Assembly: GCF_001306055.1 (NCBI RefSeq)
Contig: NZ_LGHJ01000012.1
Span: 270,001-302,000, forward strand
DNA length: 32,000 nt
Direction of reading: 5' to 3'
From: Bellilinea caldifistulae
GTDB lineage: Bacteria > Chloroflexota > Anaerolineae > Anaerolineales > Anaerolineaceae
Below are positions 18,961 through 27,142 of the stretch, piece by piece. The notes under the pieces were generated by a model that was not told the origin of the DNA, made no database searches, and was given only the letters and a program-made list of their open reading frames with translations. Numbering within the stretch: position 1 is the stretch's first letter; each line of letters begins with the position of its first letter. A program made the translations under genes and the position numbers.

Positions 18961-19376
18961 TGCTGCGCGAATGGATTGTTGCAATTGTGATGATTTTGGG
19001 AGCCGCCTTCATGCTGATCGCCAGCATTGGGTTGCTGCGCATGCCGGATTTGTTTTCGCGCATGTCAGCCACATCCAAGGCAGCCACGCTTGGTGCCGGT
19101 TTGGTTATGCTGGCAGCTGCCCTGTATTTCAGCGAATCCGGTATTACCCTGCGGGTTTTAGCCATCATCGTCTTTCTGCTGCTCACCGTACCGGTTGCCG
19201 CCCACATGATCGGCCGGGCAGCGTACTTCGATGGTGTTCCTCTGTGGAAAGGTACCTTGATTGATGACCTGCGCGGACATTACCGCACCAGCGATCATCA
19301 ACTGGTGCGGGATGCCGCGGAATCGCCCGAGTTTGCAATTCCGGAAGGCGAGGAAGGGGATGATTTTTTCAATTAG
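18957..19376 (+). CDS. mrpG: Na+/H+ antiporter subunit G
   Basis: 139 aa, 3 TM. Overlaps mrpF by 4 nt. Contains the MnhG-like LRMPDLFSRMSATSKAATLG. Acidic C-terminal tail. Confidence 0.85.
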   Translation: MMLREWIVAIVMILGAAFMLIASIGLLRMPDLFSRMSATSKAATLGAGLVMLAAALYFSESGITLRVLAIIVFLLLTVPVAAHMIGRAAYFDGVPLWKGTLIDDLRGHYRTSDHQLVRDAAESPEFAIPEGEEGDDFFN

Positions 19377-19445
19377 GGCGGAGTGGATATGCTATAATCC
19401 GCGTGGAACTCCAATCCTCACAATTTCCGGGATGACGAACAGCCA

Positions 19446-20381
19446 ATGAGATTTCTAATCACCGGTGCAGCCGGCTTCCTCGGTTCGGCGCTGGCAAATC
19501 GTCTGGTGCAGGAAGGCCATTCGGTACGCGGGCTGGATGACCTTTCCACAGGTGATCCCTCCGCGCTCTCCCCCGAAGTTCATTTTGTGCGCGGCGATGT
19601 TAACGACCGCCCCAAACTGTGGACTCTTTTGCAAGAAATTGACTGCGTGTACCACCTGGCCGCCAAAGTACTGGTGCCCGAATCGGTGTTGTACCCACGC
19701 GAATACAACGAGGTCAACGTTGGCGGCACGGTTACACTGATGGAAGCCATGCGGGATGTGGGCGTTCGGCGGGTGGTGTTGATTTCTTCCGGTGCAATTT
19801 ACGGCAATCAGGAAATTCAGCCGGTCAGCGAGGATGCCATCCCCAACCCCCGTTCGCCCTATGCCGTTTCCAAGCTGGCGGCCGAGTACTACGTCAAGAC
19901 CATTGGGCGTTTGTGGGGCATCGAAACGGTTTGTCTGCGGGTCTTCAACGCCTATGGGCCGGGTCAGCACCTGCCCCCGGTTCATGCGCCGGTCTTGCTC
20001 AACTTTTTGCGGCAGGCGCTCCAAAACGGGACGCTGGTGGTGCATGGGGATGGAACTCAAACCCGTGATTATGTGTACGTGGATGATGTTGTTCAAGCCA
20101 TGATTGCCGCATCAACCGCGCCGGGAGTGGATCAAATGACCATTAATGTCGGCAGCGGGGTGGAAACCAGTGTGCGCGATCTGGTCAAGGTGGTCATCTC
20201 GGTCACCGGCAACGAGCCGGAGGTTGTCTACAACCCGCGCAGCGACGGCGGGCCGGCGCGCATGTGCGCCGATTTACGACGGGCTGCTGCCCTCTTGAAT
20301 TATCACCCCTCAATTTCTCTGGAAACCGGCCTGCGTTTGACCCTGGAACGCGATCCGCGCCTGCGTCCGCGCAATGGATAA
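19446..20381 (+). CDS. NAD-dependent epimerase/dehydratase (UDP-sugar 4-epimerase family, extended SDR)
   Basis: N-terminal Rossmann motif GAAGFLGSAL and catalytic YAVSKLAAE (YxxxK). 311 aa. Confidence 0.85.
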   Translation: MRFLITGAAGFLGSALANRLVQEGHSVRGLDDLSTGDPSALSPEVHFVRGDVNDRPKLWTLLQEIDCVYHLAAKVLVPESVLYPREYNEVNVGGTVTLMEAMRDVGVRRVVLISSGAIYGNQEIQPVSEDAIPNPRSPYAVSKLAAEYYVKTIGRLWGIETVCLRVFNAYGPGQHLPPVHAPVLLNFLRQALQNGTLVVHGDGTQTRDYVYVDDVVQAMIAASTAPGVDQMTINVGSGVETSVRDLVKVVISVTGNEPEVVYNPRSDGGPARMCADLRRAAALLNYHPSISLETGLRLTLERDPRLRPRNG

Positions 20382-20541
20382 GCCGAACTTATCAGGACAT
20401 CTGAACCTGTCAATTTTTTGTCCACACCCAGGGGGTATGCTGATAGCATCGAGGTTTATACCTCTTCTTTGCTCCTGAAATTCCAACTATTTTGCTTAAA
20501 CCCATTTTATACTCACCGTAAAGGGAGGTTCACACATCGGC

Positions 20542-21999
20542 ATGAAGAGAAGCAGGGGGCTGATTTGCTGGGTAGCGCTGATGGTTCTGCTGGCAGGCGG
20601 CCTCAGCGCGTGTGCTTCTCATTCCGCGCCGGTCACCATCCAGCAGCCCGGCACTTTTAGCGTTGACCCGCTGCTGCGCGAGTTTTATGCCTCGCTCGGC
20701 GGCGAAGAAATCCTCGGCCCGGCCATCACCGCCCTCTTTTCGCTGGACAATCTGCAATGCCAGTACACCCAAAACGTGTTAATGTGCTTCGACCCCCTGG
20801 CTCAGGGAATCCAGCGTTTCAGCCTGTATCCCCTGGGACGAACTTTTGATTTGGGCGACTTTACCGATGCCAGCGGGATGACCGCCCCGGAAAATGAATA
20901 TCCCATCTACGAAGAATTTACCGACCTCTATCAGCGCCTGTACGGTTCTCAGTACGTTGGTAAGCCGCTGACCCCGCCGCGTTTCAATCCCAACAAAAAC
21001 CGCATTGAACAGTATTTCGAGAACGTCGGCTTCTACCGCAATCTGGACGATCCGCAGGGACAGGCTTACCTGCTTTCTTACGGCGTGTTTGCCTGTTCGG
21101 CAGATTGCCGTTTTTCGCCGCCTGCCAGCGCCATCGTGATTCGCAATGTGGTGGAAATGGAACAACCCTTCCTGCCGCGGTTGGTGCGATTGGGAGGTGT
21201 CAAGGTCTTTGGCCTGCCGCTGACCCACGCCTATCTTACAGCAGATGGCTTTCGTGAACAGGTTTACGAAAACGTCGTGCTTTACGCCCCGCCGGATAAC
21301 CCCAACGCCGTCCGTCTGCGCCCGGCCGCTGTGCTGGTGGGCATGCCGGCCGGTCAACCGATGCCGCGCCGTTACAGCGAGGCTGATGGGGTTGTCTTCT
21401 ATCCGGTAGAAGGGGAAAATGGCTTTCATGTACCGTTGGTCTTTGACCGATTCATCGCCTCGCATGGCGGGATGGAAATTTCGGGTGTCCCGCTGAGCGA
21501 ACCCTATCGGATTGGCGATAACCTCTACCGCCAGTGCTTTGAAAATTACTGTCTGGATTACGATAACCGTCCCGGCACAACAGAACGGGTACGCATGACT
21601 GCCCTTGGACGGGAGTACTTGAAAATGAACGGCACGGCAGTGTCTCAGCCGGCTCCATTTGAAATTACCGCTGAGACGATCCGGCTGGTGATCAGCGCGG
21701 CTAAACCGCGTCTGACCGCCGAAGAACCCCAGCAGTTTGAAATGCTGTTACTACGGGAGAACGATCACCAGCCGTTAAGCTCGGTTGAGGCTACCCTCAC
21801 ACTGACTCTCCCGGATGGCAGGCAAGCCCTCTACTACCTGCCGCCCACCGATGCCCAGGGCCGGTCGGTGTTGCGGATTGCGCCGCTTCAACCGGCGCTT
21901 TCCAACGGTAGCGTGGTCGCTTTCCGGGTGTGTTTGAACATTCCGGCCGAGCAGCCTATCTGCAAGGCCGATAGTTACCTGATCTGGAATTACCGCTGA
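20542..21999 (+). CDS. Lipoprotein with four LGFP-like repeats and a C-terminal beta-rich domain
   Basis: Signal peptide with lipobox LSAC (Cys24). There are four internal repeats of about 55-60 aa with the pattern F..(L)GG....G.P(L)(T)...Q.(F/Y)EN....Y...LG. Confidence 0.7.
   Translation: MKRSRGLICWVALMVLLAGGLSACASHSAPVTIQQPGTFSVDPLLREFYASLGGEEILGPAITALFSLDNLQCQYTQNVLMCFDPLAQGIQRFSLYPLGRTFDLGDFTDASGMTAPENEYPIYEEFTDLYQRLYGSQYVGKPLTPPRFNPNKNRIEQYFENVGFYRNLDDPQGQAYLLSYGVFACSADCRFSPPASAIVIRNVVEMEQPFLPRLVRLGGVKVFGLPLTHAYLTADGFREQVYENVVLYAPPDNPNAVRLRPAAVLVGMPAGQPMPRRYSEADGVVFYPVEGENGFHVPLVFDRFIASHGGMEISGVPLSEPYRIGDNLYRQCFENYCLDYDNRPGTTERVRMTALGREYLKMNGTAVSQPAPFEITAETIRLVISAAKPRLTAEEPQQFEMLLLRENDHQPLSSVEATLTLTLPDGRQALYYLPPTDAQGRSVLRIAPLQPALSNGSVVAFRVCLNIPAEQPICKADSYLIWNYR
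20671..21612 (+). repeat. Four tandem protein-level repeats (LGFP-like) inside the lipoprotein gene
   Basis: Repeat cores are FYASLGGEEILGPAIT..CQYTQNVLMCFDP, LYQRLYGSQYVGKPLT..EQYFENVGFYRNLDDP, LVRLGGVKVFGLPLT..EQVYENVVLYAPPDNP and FIASHGGMEISGVPLS..RQCFENYCLDYDNRPG. Confidence 0.6.
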
Positions 22000-22233
22000 A
22001 GGGCCATCCAGTCTGAACGAAGGGCGCTTGTCCGTGTGGGGGCATCTCCCGAACCCCCTTGCAGGAGACCGCCACGCCGCCTGACGGCGGCTCGCGGTGA
22101 CGCGTTCCGGTTTACTTCATTCCGAGCGAAGCGACACTTTACAGTGCAGGGGAATCTCCTCCCCACTGTTTCCACTGCGGCTTTGGGGGAGACAGGATGA
22201 CGCCGGGTTCATACCATCTCGAATGCAGCCGAA

Positions 22234-23211
22234 TTAAGGGACGCCTTCGGTCAGCAGCACCACCCGCGCGATAGGATCGGCGGCAGTGTACACCTGCATC
22301 TCGAAAGGCAGGTTTTGACCAGTCGCCAACGGCTGGCCCGATTCCCAACGGCGCACACCGACCACCCGCTCCTGATCGTCCAGCGCCACCGCGACTACAA
22401 TCACCCCCGCAGCGCCGGCCTCCCCTTCTTCCCCGCCCAGACGCACAAGACCGCTGACACCGGCAGACAGCCCATCCGCTGAAATCCTGATTTCCTCCTG
22501 TATAATTTCGGTGTTCAGATAGCGCCGGCTTTCAGGCGGAATGGGCAGCGCGGTCAACAGTTCCAACCCGGCATCGAATTGAAGTGCCGCCGGTGGCGGA
22601 AAGAAGACCGCCACGGGTATCTGTCCGCCGGCCGGCAGGCGATTCAAGGGCGGAAAGGCGGTTTGGCTGAGAATTTCACCGGTTATTCGGTCGTACAGAC
22701 GAAAAACCACCGAAATCCCTTCCACATCAAAAGGCTGAGGATTGTCAAGCATGGCAAAGCACCACACCCCGCCATCCCGTGTCGGGTAACAGTCCGGGCG
22801 CGGCAGGCTCAACCCCACAGGCGTAGGGGATGGCGGATTGCGCGGGTCAAGCGTGGGGGTGGATTGCGCCGCCGGGACGATCAATTGGTCTCCGATCCGC
22901 AGCGCATAGGGATTCACGGTCGGGTTGGCGGTCAGTAAATCCTGCAAGGCAATACCATAAAACAGGGCAATTCCAAACATGTCTTCGCCGCGCCGGATTG
23001 TGTGGAGGCGCGGGGTTGGCGTAACCGTAGGCAGAGGGGTCGGCGTATCCGCCGGCGTTAAAGAGGGGGTGGCCGCTGGCAGTGGCCCGGCGTAGGGGGT
23101 CAACGTGACCGCAGACACCGGACGCAAGGTGGGGGTAGGTATCACCGACGCGGATGGCTGACAGGCAGTCAGCAGCCAAACCGTCAAAACGCTCAGGAAA
23201 AGTTTTTTCAT
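22234..23211 (-). CDS. LysM domain lipoprotein with a Pro/Thr-rich linker and an uncharacterised C-terminal domain
   Basis: MKKLFLSVLTVWLLTAC lipobox, then a P/T-rich linker. The LysM motif is HTIRRGEDMFGIALFYGIALQDLLTANP...IGDQLIVP. I moved the start to the ATG at 23211 (the ORF track extends to 23253). Confidence 0.75.
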   Translation of the reverse strand: MKKLFLSVLTVWLLTACQPSASVIPTPTLRPVSAVTLTPYAGPLPAATPSLTPADTPTPLPTVTPTPRLHTIRRGEDMFGIALFYGIALQDLLTANPTVNPYALRIGDQLIVPAAQSTPTLDPRNPPSPTPVGLSLPRPDCYPTRDGGVWCFAMLDNPQPFDVEGISVVFRLYDRITGEILSQTAFPPLNRLPAGGQIPVAVFFPPPAALQFDAGLELLTALPIPPESRRYLNTEIIQEEIRISADGLSAGVSGLVRLGGEEGEAGAAGVIVVAVALDDQERVVGVRRWESGQPLATGQNLPFEMQVYTAADPIARVVLLTEGVP

Positions 23212-23369
23212 GCAAGCCATTATAATCGCAATTCCTGGCTGTCTGCCGGGCAAGGGAATGGGGGGAGACCGCCCAATCCTTCACCACCAATCGGGTTAAC
23301 CCAAAAATCTGTCTTGTTTATTGGGACAATAGCAGGAAAATAGAAATAATGTTCTACTTGGAGAAAATC

Positions 23370-23804
23370 ATGACGTGGATTATTTGCCTGATCGAGGAAA
23401 AAGTACAATTTTTGGCCCGGGACGAGCGGCGAGCCGAGGAACTTTCGGCCGAATTTCGCAGCGGGAAGGGATTTCCCGGCCGATTGACCGAGACCCTTCG
23501 CAATAAATCCAGCTGGCAGGCTTTACCGCTGGGGGAAGATTTACTGCTGGTCGTTCCAATCAGCCAAAACAGCAGCGTCCCAAAGCCCTGCAACGACTGC
23601 CCCCCGCTGACACCCCGTCAGCAGATCATCCTGCAATTGTTGACCGAGGGTCTGACCGCCAAACAAATCGCCGTCCGAATGGGGCTTTCCCGCCGCACCG
23701 TCTTCCTGCATCTGGCTGCCATCCGCCAGCGTTTAGGGGTCAGTAGCACTTTACAGGCCGTCTGGAAGATGGGCGGACGGGAATGGAGAAGCCGAAAGGG
23801 CTAA
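23370..23804 (+). CDS. LuxR/GerE-family HTH transcriptional regulator (small, no receiver domain)
   Basis: C-terminal LTPRQQIILQLLTEGLTAKQIAVRMGLSRRTVFLHLAAIRQRLGV is a GerE-type HTH. I chose ATG 23370 because GGAG lies 6 nt upstream. An in-frame ATG at 23349 is the alternative. Confidence 0.75.
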   Translation: MTWIICLIEEKVQFLARDERRAEELSAEFRSGKGFPGRLTETLRNKSSWQALPLGEDLLLVVPISQNSSVPKPCNDCPPLTPRQQIILQLLTEGLTAKQIAVRMGLSRRTVFLHLAAIRQRLGVSSTLQAVWKMGGREWRSRKG

Positions 23805-23808
23805 ATCG

Positions 23809-23836
23809 TTGTTCCCTGGCCGTTTCTTGGTAGAAT
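23809..23836 (+). promoter_or_regulatory. Candidate extended -10 promoter for xseAB
   Basis: TTGTTC (23809-23814), a 16-nt spacer that includes the TG of an extended -10 (23828-23829), then TAGAAT (23831-23836), reading TGgTAGAAT. It is about 35 nt upstream of the xseA ATG. Confidence 0.35.
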
Positions 23837-23870
23837 CAACGTACAATCTGCTGCGTGAGATTGGAAGTCC

Positions 23871-25118
23871 ATGGAACAACCTCTCCCGTTTTTATTCCCG
23901 TCCATGAGCGTCAGCGAACTGACGCGCTACCTGCGTCAGCTGTTGGAAAGCGACGAGATTTTACAGGATGTTTGGGTCCGCGGAGAAGTTTCTAATCTTT
24001 CCCGCCCGACCTCCGGGCATGTCTATTTCACCCTCAAAGATCAAACAGCCGCATTGCGTTGTGTCATCTGGCGGATGAATGCCGCCCGCTTGCGCTTTGA
24101 TCTCGGCAACGGGCAGGCTGTGGAAGCGCACGGCTACATCAGCCTGTACGAGCGAGACGGGCAATACCAGTTATACGTGGATACCCTGCGCCCCGCCGGA
24201 GAAGGCTGGTTGTTTCAGGAGTTCATGCGCCTGAAAGCCCGCCTGGAGGCCGAAGGACTGTTCGATCCGGAGCGCAAACGTCCGTTACCGACTCACCCCC
24301 GGCGGATTGGGCTGGTCACTTCCCCGACCGGCGCGGCCTTGCAGGACATGCTCAACACACTGCGCCGCCGTTACCCGCTGGTGGAGGTGATTCTATCCCC
24401 GGCGGCCGTCCAGGGAGAAGAAGCCCCAGCCGCGCTGATAGCCGCGCTCCAGCGGCTTTACCGCCTGCCGGGGCTGGATGCCATTCTGGTGGCACGCGGA
24501 GGAGGTTCGCTGGAAGACCTGTGGGCTTTTAACGATGAAGAAGTTGTGCGTACGATTGCCGCTTCCCCTGTGCCGGTGGTAACTGGCATTGGTCACGAAA
24601 CCGACTTCACCCTCGCCGACTTCGCTGCCGACTTGCGCGCCCCCACCCCCACTGCCGCCGCCGAGATGATCACCCCGGATATTTACGACCTGCGGCTTGG
24701 GCTGACCGAACGCAGCAACCGGCTGAGAGGATCATTGCAAACCCAAATTCAGTCCGAACGCCGTCATCTGGATGAACGCGCCCGGAGGTTAAGGCTGCTT
24801 TCCCCACGCCGCTGGATTCAAAACGACCGCCAACGTCTGGACGCCCTGTTAGAACGAGCCGGACGCGCCCTGATGAACAGCATCTCCCTGCGCCGAACGC
24901 ACCTCAACGGATGGCAGCATCGCCTGAATGCACTCAACCCGTTGGCCGTGTTGCAGCGCGGTTATGCTGTGGTAATGGAGCGTAACGGTCAGGTTGCCCA
25001 CAGCGTCCAGCAAATTCACCCGGGTGATGAACTGACCATCCGGCTCAAAGACGGCCGGGTCGAAGCACTTGCCCGCCAGATTGTCCTCGATTCCCACGGA
25101 AGGAGAAGCCAGAGATGA
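23871..25118 (+). CDS. xseA: Exodeoxyribonuclease VII large subunit
   Basis: 415 aa with an N-terminal OB-fold region (VWVRGEVSNLSRPTSGHVYFTLKD). Also has GRGGGSLEDLWAFNDE and ITGIGHETDFT-like motifs. A small-subunit gene follows with an ATGA overlap. Confidence 0.92.
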   Translation: MEQPLPFLFPSMSVSELTRYLRQLLESDEILQDVWVRGEVSNLSRPTSGHVYFTLKDQTAALRCVIWRMNAARLRFDLGNGQAVEAHGYISLYERDGQYQLYVDTLRPAGEGWLFQEFMRLKARLEAEGLFDPERKRPLPTHPRRIGLVTSPTGAALQDMLNTLRRRYPLVEVILSPAAVQGEEAPAALIAALQRLYRLPGLDAILVARGGGSLEDLWAFNDEEVVRTIAASPVPVVTGIGHETDFTLADFAADLRAPTPTAAAEMITPDIYDLRLGLTERSNRLRGSLQTQIQSERRHLDERARRLRLLSPRRWIQNDRQRLDALLERAGRALMNSISLRRTHLNGWQHRLNALNPLAVLQRGYAVVMERNGQVAHSVQQIHPGDELTIRLKDGRVEALARQIVLDSHGRRSQR

Positions 25119-25351
25119 GCGCTGAACCTGCCCCCGCCGAGCAGATGTCCTATGAACAGGCCTTTGCCGAACTGGAAATGATTATTCAACGGCTGGAAAA
25201 CGAACAGCCCTCGCTCGAAGAAGCCCTGCAGTTGTACGAACGCGGACAGGCGCTGGTACAACGCTGTGCCGCCCTGCTGGATCAGGCCGAACTGCGTGTC
25301 CGGCAGTTGAGCGCGGTTGATTTCGAGGCAGAAGAGGATTCAGAGGAATAA
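25115..25351 (+). CDS. xseB: Exodeoxyribonuclease VII small subunit
   Basis: 78 aa. SYEQAFAELEMIIQRLENEQPSLEEALQLYERGQAL is typical of XseB. AAGGAG SD. Confidence 0.9.
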   Translation: MSAEPAPAEQMSYEQAFAELEMIIQRLENEQPSLEEALQLYERGQALVQRCAALLDQAELRVRQLSAVDFEAEEDSEE

Positions 25352-25353
25352 CC

Positions 25354-25815
25354 GTGGTGGAGGATCTGCTTAACAACCGGGTTTTTATCACCGCCATTTT
25401 GGCGTGGTTTCTCGGACAATTTCTCAAAGTGCCGATTGAGTACCTGACCAGGCGGCGCTGGAACTGGGCGCTATGGTTCAGTAGCGGCGGCATGCCCAGT
25501 TCCCACTCCTCGCTGATGGTAGCGACCACGCTTTCGATTGGTTTATACTATGGCTTCGACTCGCCGGTATTTGCGCTGGCGTTTGCCGTTTCAATGATTG
25601 TGGTGTATGACGCCGCTGGCGTGCGCCGGCAGGCCGGTTACCACGCCCAAAAGATCAACCTGTTGTTTGAAGAATTGTTCAGCGGCCACCCCATCTCGCA
25701 GGAACGCTTGAAAGAGGTGCTCGGTCACACCCCCCGGCAGGTACTCGGCGGTATTGTGCTGGGCACCCTCATCGCCCTGGCAGTATATGGCCTGATGCCA
25801 CCGAATACACCTTAA
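25354..25815 (+). CDS. Divergent PAP2 / acid phosphatase-vanadium haloperoxidase-related membrane protein (YuiD/DUF212-like)
   Basis: 153 aa. SGGMPSSHSS, VVYDAAGVRRQAG and LGHTPRQVLGG match my memory of the DUF212 signature. GTG start 2 nt after the xseB stop. Confidence 0.75.
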   Translation: MVEDLLNNRVFITAILAWFLGQFLKVPIEYLTRRRWNWALWFSSGGMPSSHSSLMVATTLSIGLYYGFDSPVFALAFAVSMIVVYDAAGVRRQAGYHAQKINLLFEELFSGHPISQERLKEVLGHTPRQVLGGIVLGTLIALAVYGLMPPNTP

Positions 25816-25928
25816 GAGGTGTACTTCATCCGCCTCAAAGGGGGACTTAATCCACTGGTAAATCGGATAGAAATGTCGAGTATAATGGTACGGGTTTTCA
25901 GAGACATTTCTTTAATGGCATTCAAGCG

Positions 25929-27140
25929 ATGAATATTGAAAAAATCAGACAGGATTTTCCGTTACTCAATTCGAAAAACGGCCACAAACCGATTGTTTAC
26001 CTCGATAACGCCTGCCAGAGCCTGCGACCGCAGGCAGTGATTGAGGCAGTTCAGCGCTATTACGAACAAACCCCCGCCTGCGCCGGGCGTAGCATGCACC
26101 GCCTTGCGAACGAGGTCAGCCGGCAGGTGGATGAAGCCCGCCAGACGGTTGCCAAATTTCTGCACGCCAACCGCAAGGAAGAGATTATCTTCACCCGCAA
26201 CACCACCGAGGCCATCAATCTGGTTGCCAACGCGCTGGATTGGAAACCCGGCGATGTGGTGTTGCTGACCGACAAGGAGCACAATTCCAACCTGATTCCC
26301 TGGCAAATGCTGGCCAGACGCTTCGGCGTATGTCTCAAATTTGTGCCATCCAACCCCGATAACACCTTCAATCTGTCGGCCTACCAGCAAGCCTTACAGG
26401 GCGGTGTTCGGCTGGTGGCAATGGGCTTTACCTCCAATCTGGACGGCGTCAGCATCCCGGCCGAGGAGGTGGTACGGCTGGCGCACAAACACGGCGCCCA
26501 GGTTCTGCTGGATGCAGCCCAGACCGCCCCTCACCAGCGGCTTGATGTCCGCCGGTTGGACGCCGATTGGGTGGCTTTTTCAGGTCACAAGATGCTGGCA
26601 CCTTCCGGGATTGGTGTGCTTTACGGCAAGTACCGTCTGCTGGAGGCGATGCAGCCCTTCCTGGTCGGCGGTGATACGGTGGCTTCTTCTACCTACGAAG
26701 ACTGCCAGTTTCTGCCGCCCCCGGAGAAGTTCGAAGCCGGACTGCAAAATTACGCCGGTATCATCGGGCTGGCAGCTGCCATCCGCTACCTGCAGCAGAT
26801 CGGGCTGGAGGCGATCGAGAAACATGAGATTGCCCTCAACCAATACCTGAGCGAAGCCTTGAAAAGCGTGCCCGGTCTGCAAATCATTGGCCCTGCCGAT
26901 GCGCGCCTGCGCGGCGGGATTGTCTCGTTCTTCATCCCCGGGGTGGATCATCACCGCATCGCCCTGATGCTCGATCAGATGGCGGGGATTGCCGTGCGTT
27001 CCGGGCAGCATTGCGTTCACTCGTGGTTCAACGCTCGCGACATCCCCGGCTCGGTGCGGGCTTCCTTGTATTTCTACAACACGCAGGAAGAAACCCGCCA
27101 GCTGGTGGATGCGTTGATCAAGATTCGCAAGGTGCTTTAA
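25929..27140 (+). CDS. Class-V aminotransferase-fold cysteine desulfurase (SufS/Csd-like)
   Basis: 403 aa with the PLP-lysine motif FSGHKMLAPSGIGVLYG and catalytic Cys loop VRSGQHCVH. No other suf or isc genes are nearby. Confidence 0.85.
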   Translation: MNIEKIRQDFPLLNSKNGHKPIVYLDNACQSLRPQAVIEAVQRYYEQTPACAGRSMHRLANEVSRQVDEARQTVAKFLHANRKEEIIFTRNTTEAINLVANALDWKPGDVVLLTDKEHNSNLIPWQMLARRFGVCLKFVPSNPDNTFNLSAYQQALQGGVRLVAMGFTSNLDGVSIPAEEVVRLAHKHGAQVLLDAAQTAPHQRLDVRRLDADWVAFSGHKMLAPSGIGVLYGKYRLLEAMQPFLVGGDTVASSTYEDCQFLPPPEKFEAGLQNYAGIIGLAAAIRYLQQIGLEAIEKHEIALNQYLSEALKSVPGLQIIGPADARLRGGIVSFFIPGVDHHRIALMLDQMAGIAVRSGQHCVHSWFNARDIPGSVRASLYFYNTQEETRQLVDALIKIRKVL

Positions 27141-27142
27141 TC

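Noticed and set aside
19455-21465. Minus-strand ORFs opposite the epimerase gene (19455-20096) and the lipoprotein gene (20779-21465)
   Set aside because: These are shadow ORFs opposite genes that have clear Rossmann/YxxxK or signal-peptide/repeat features.
22000-22233. 234-bp convergent spacer between the lipoprotein and LysM genes. It has several GC-rich hairpins (GCCGCC-TGAC-GGCGGC at 22076-22091, CAGTGcaGGGG...CCCCACTG at 22142-22168) and a CATTCCGAGCGAAGCG segment that reminded me of short repeats seen in other genomes. Two small minus-strand ORFs lie here (61 and 69 aa).
   Set aside because: I could not find a second copy of any element in the window. The hairpins lack T-tracts, the ORFs have no SD and give Arg-rich translations, and I cannot name an RNA family. 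These are probably ordinary terminator or spacer structures.
27011-27142. N-terminal extension of the DsbA-like ORF overlapping the cysteine desulfurase 3' end
   Set aside because: An in-frame ATG at 27143 with an SD lies immediately after the upstream stop and begins with a hydrophobic TM segment. The extension is Arg/Gly-rich and overlaps a real gene by 130 nt.
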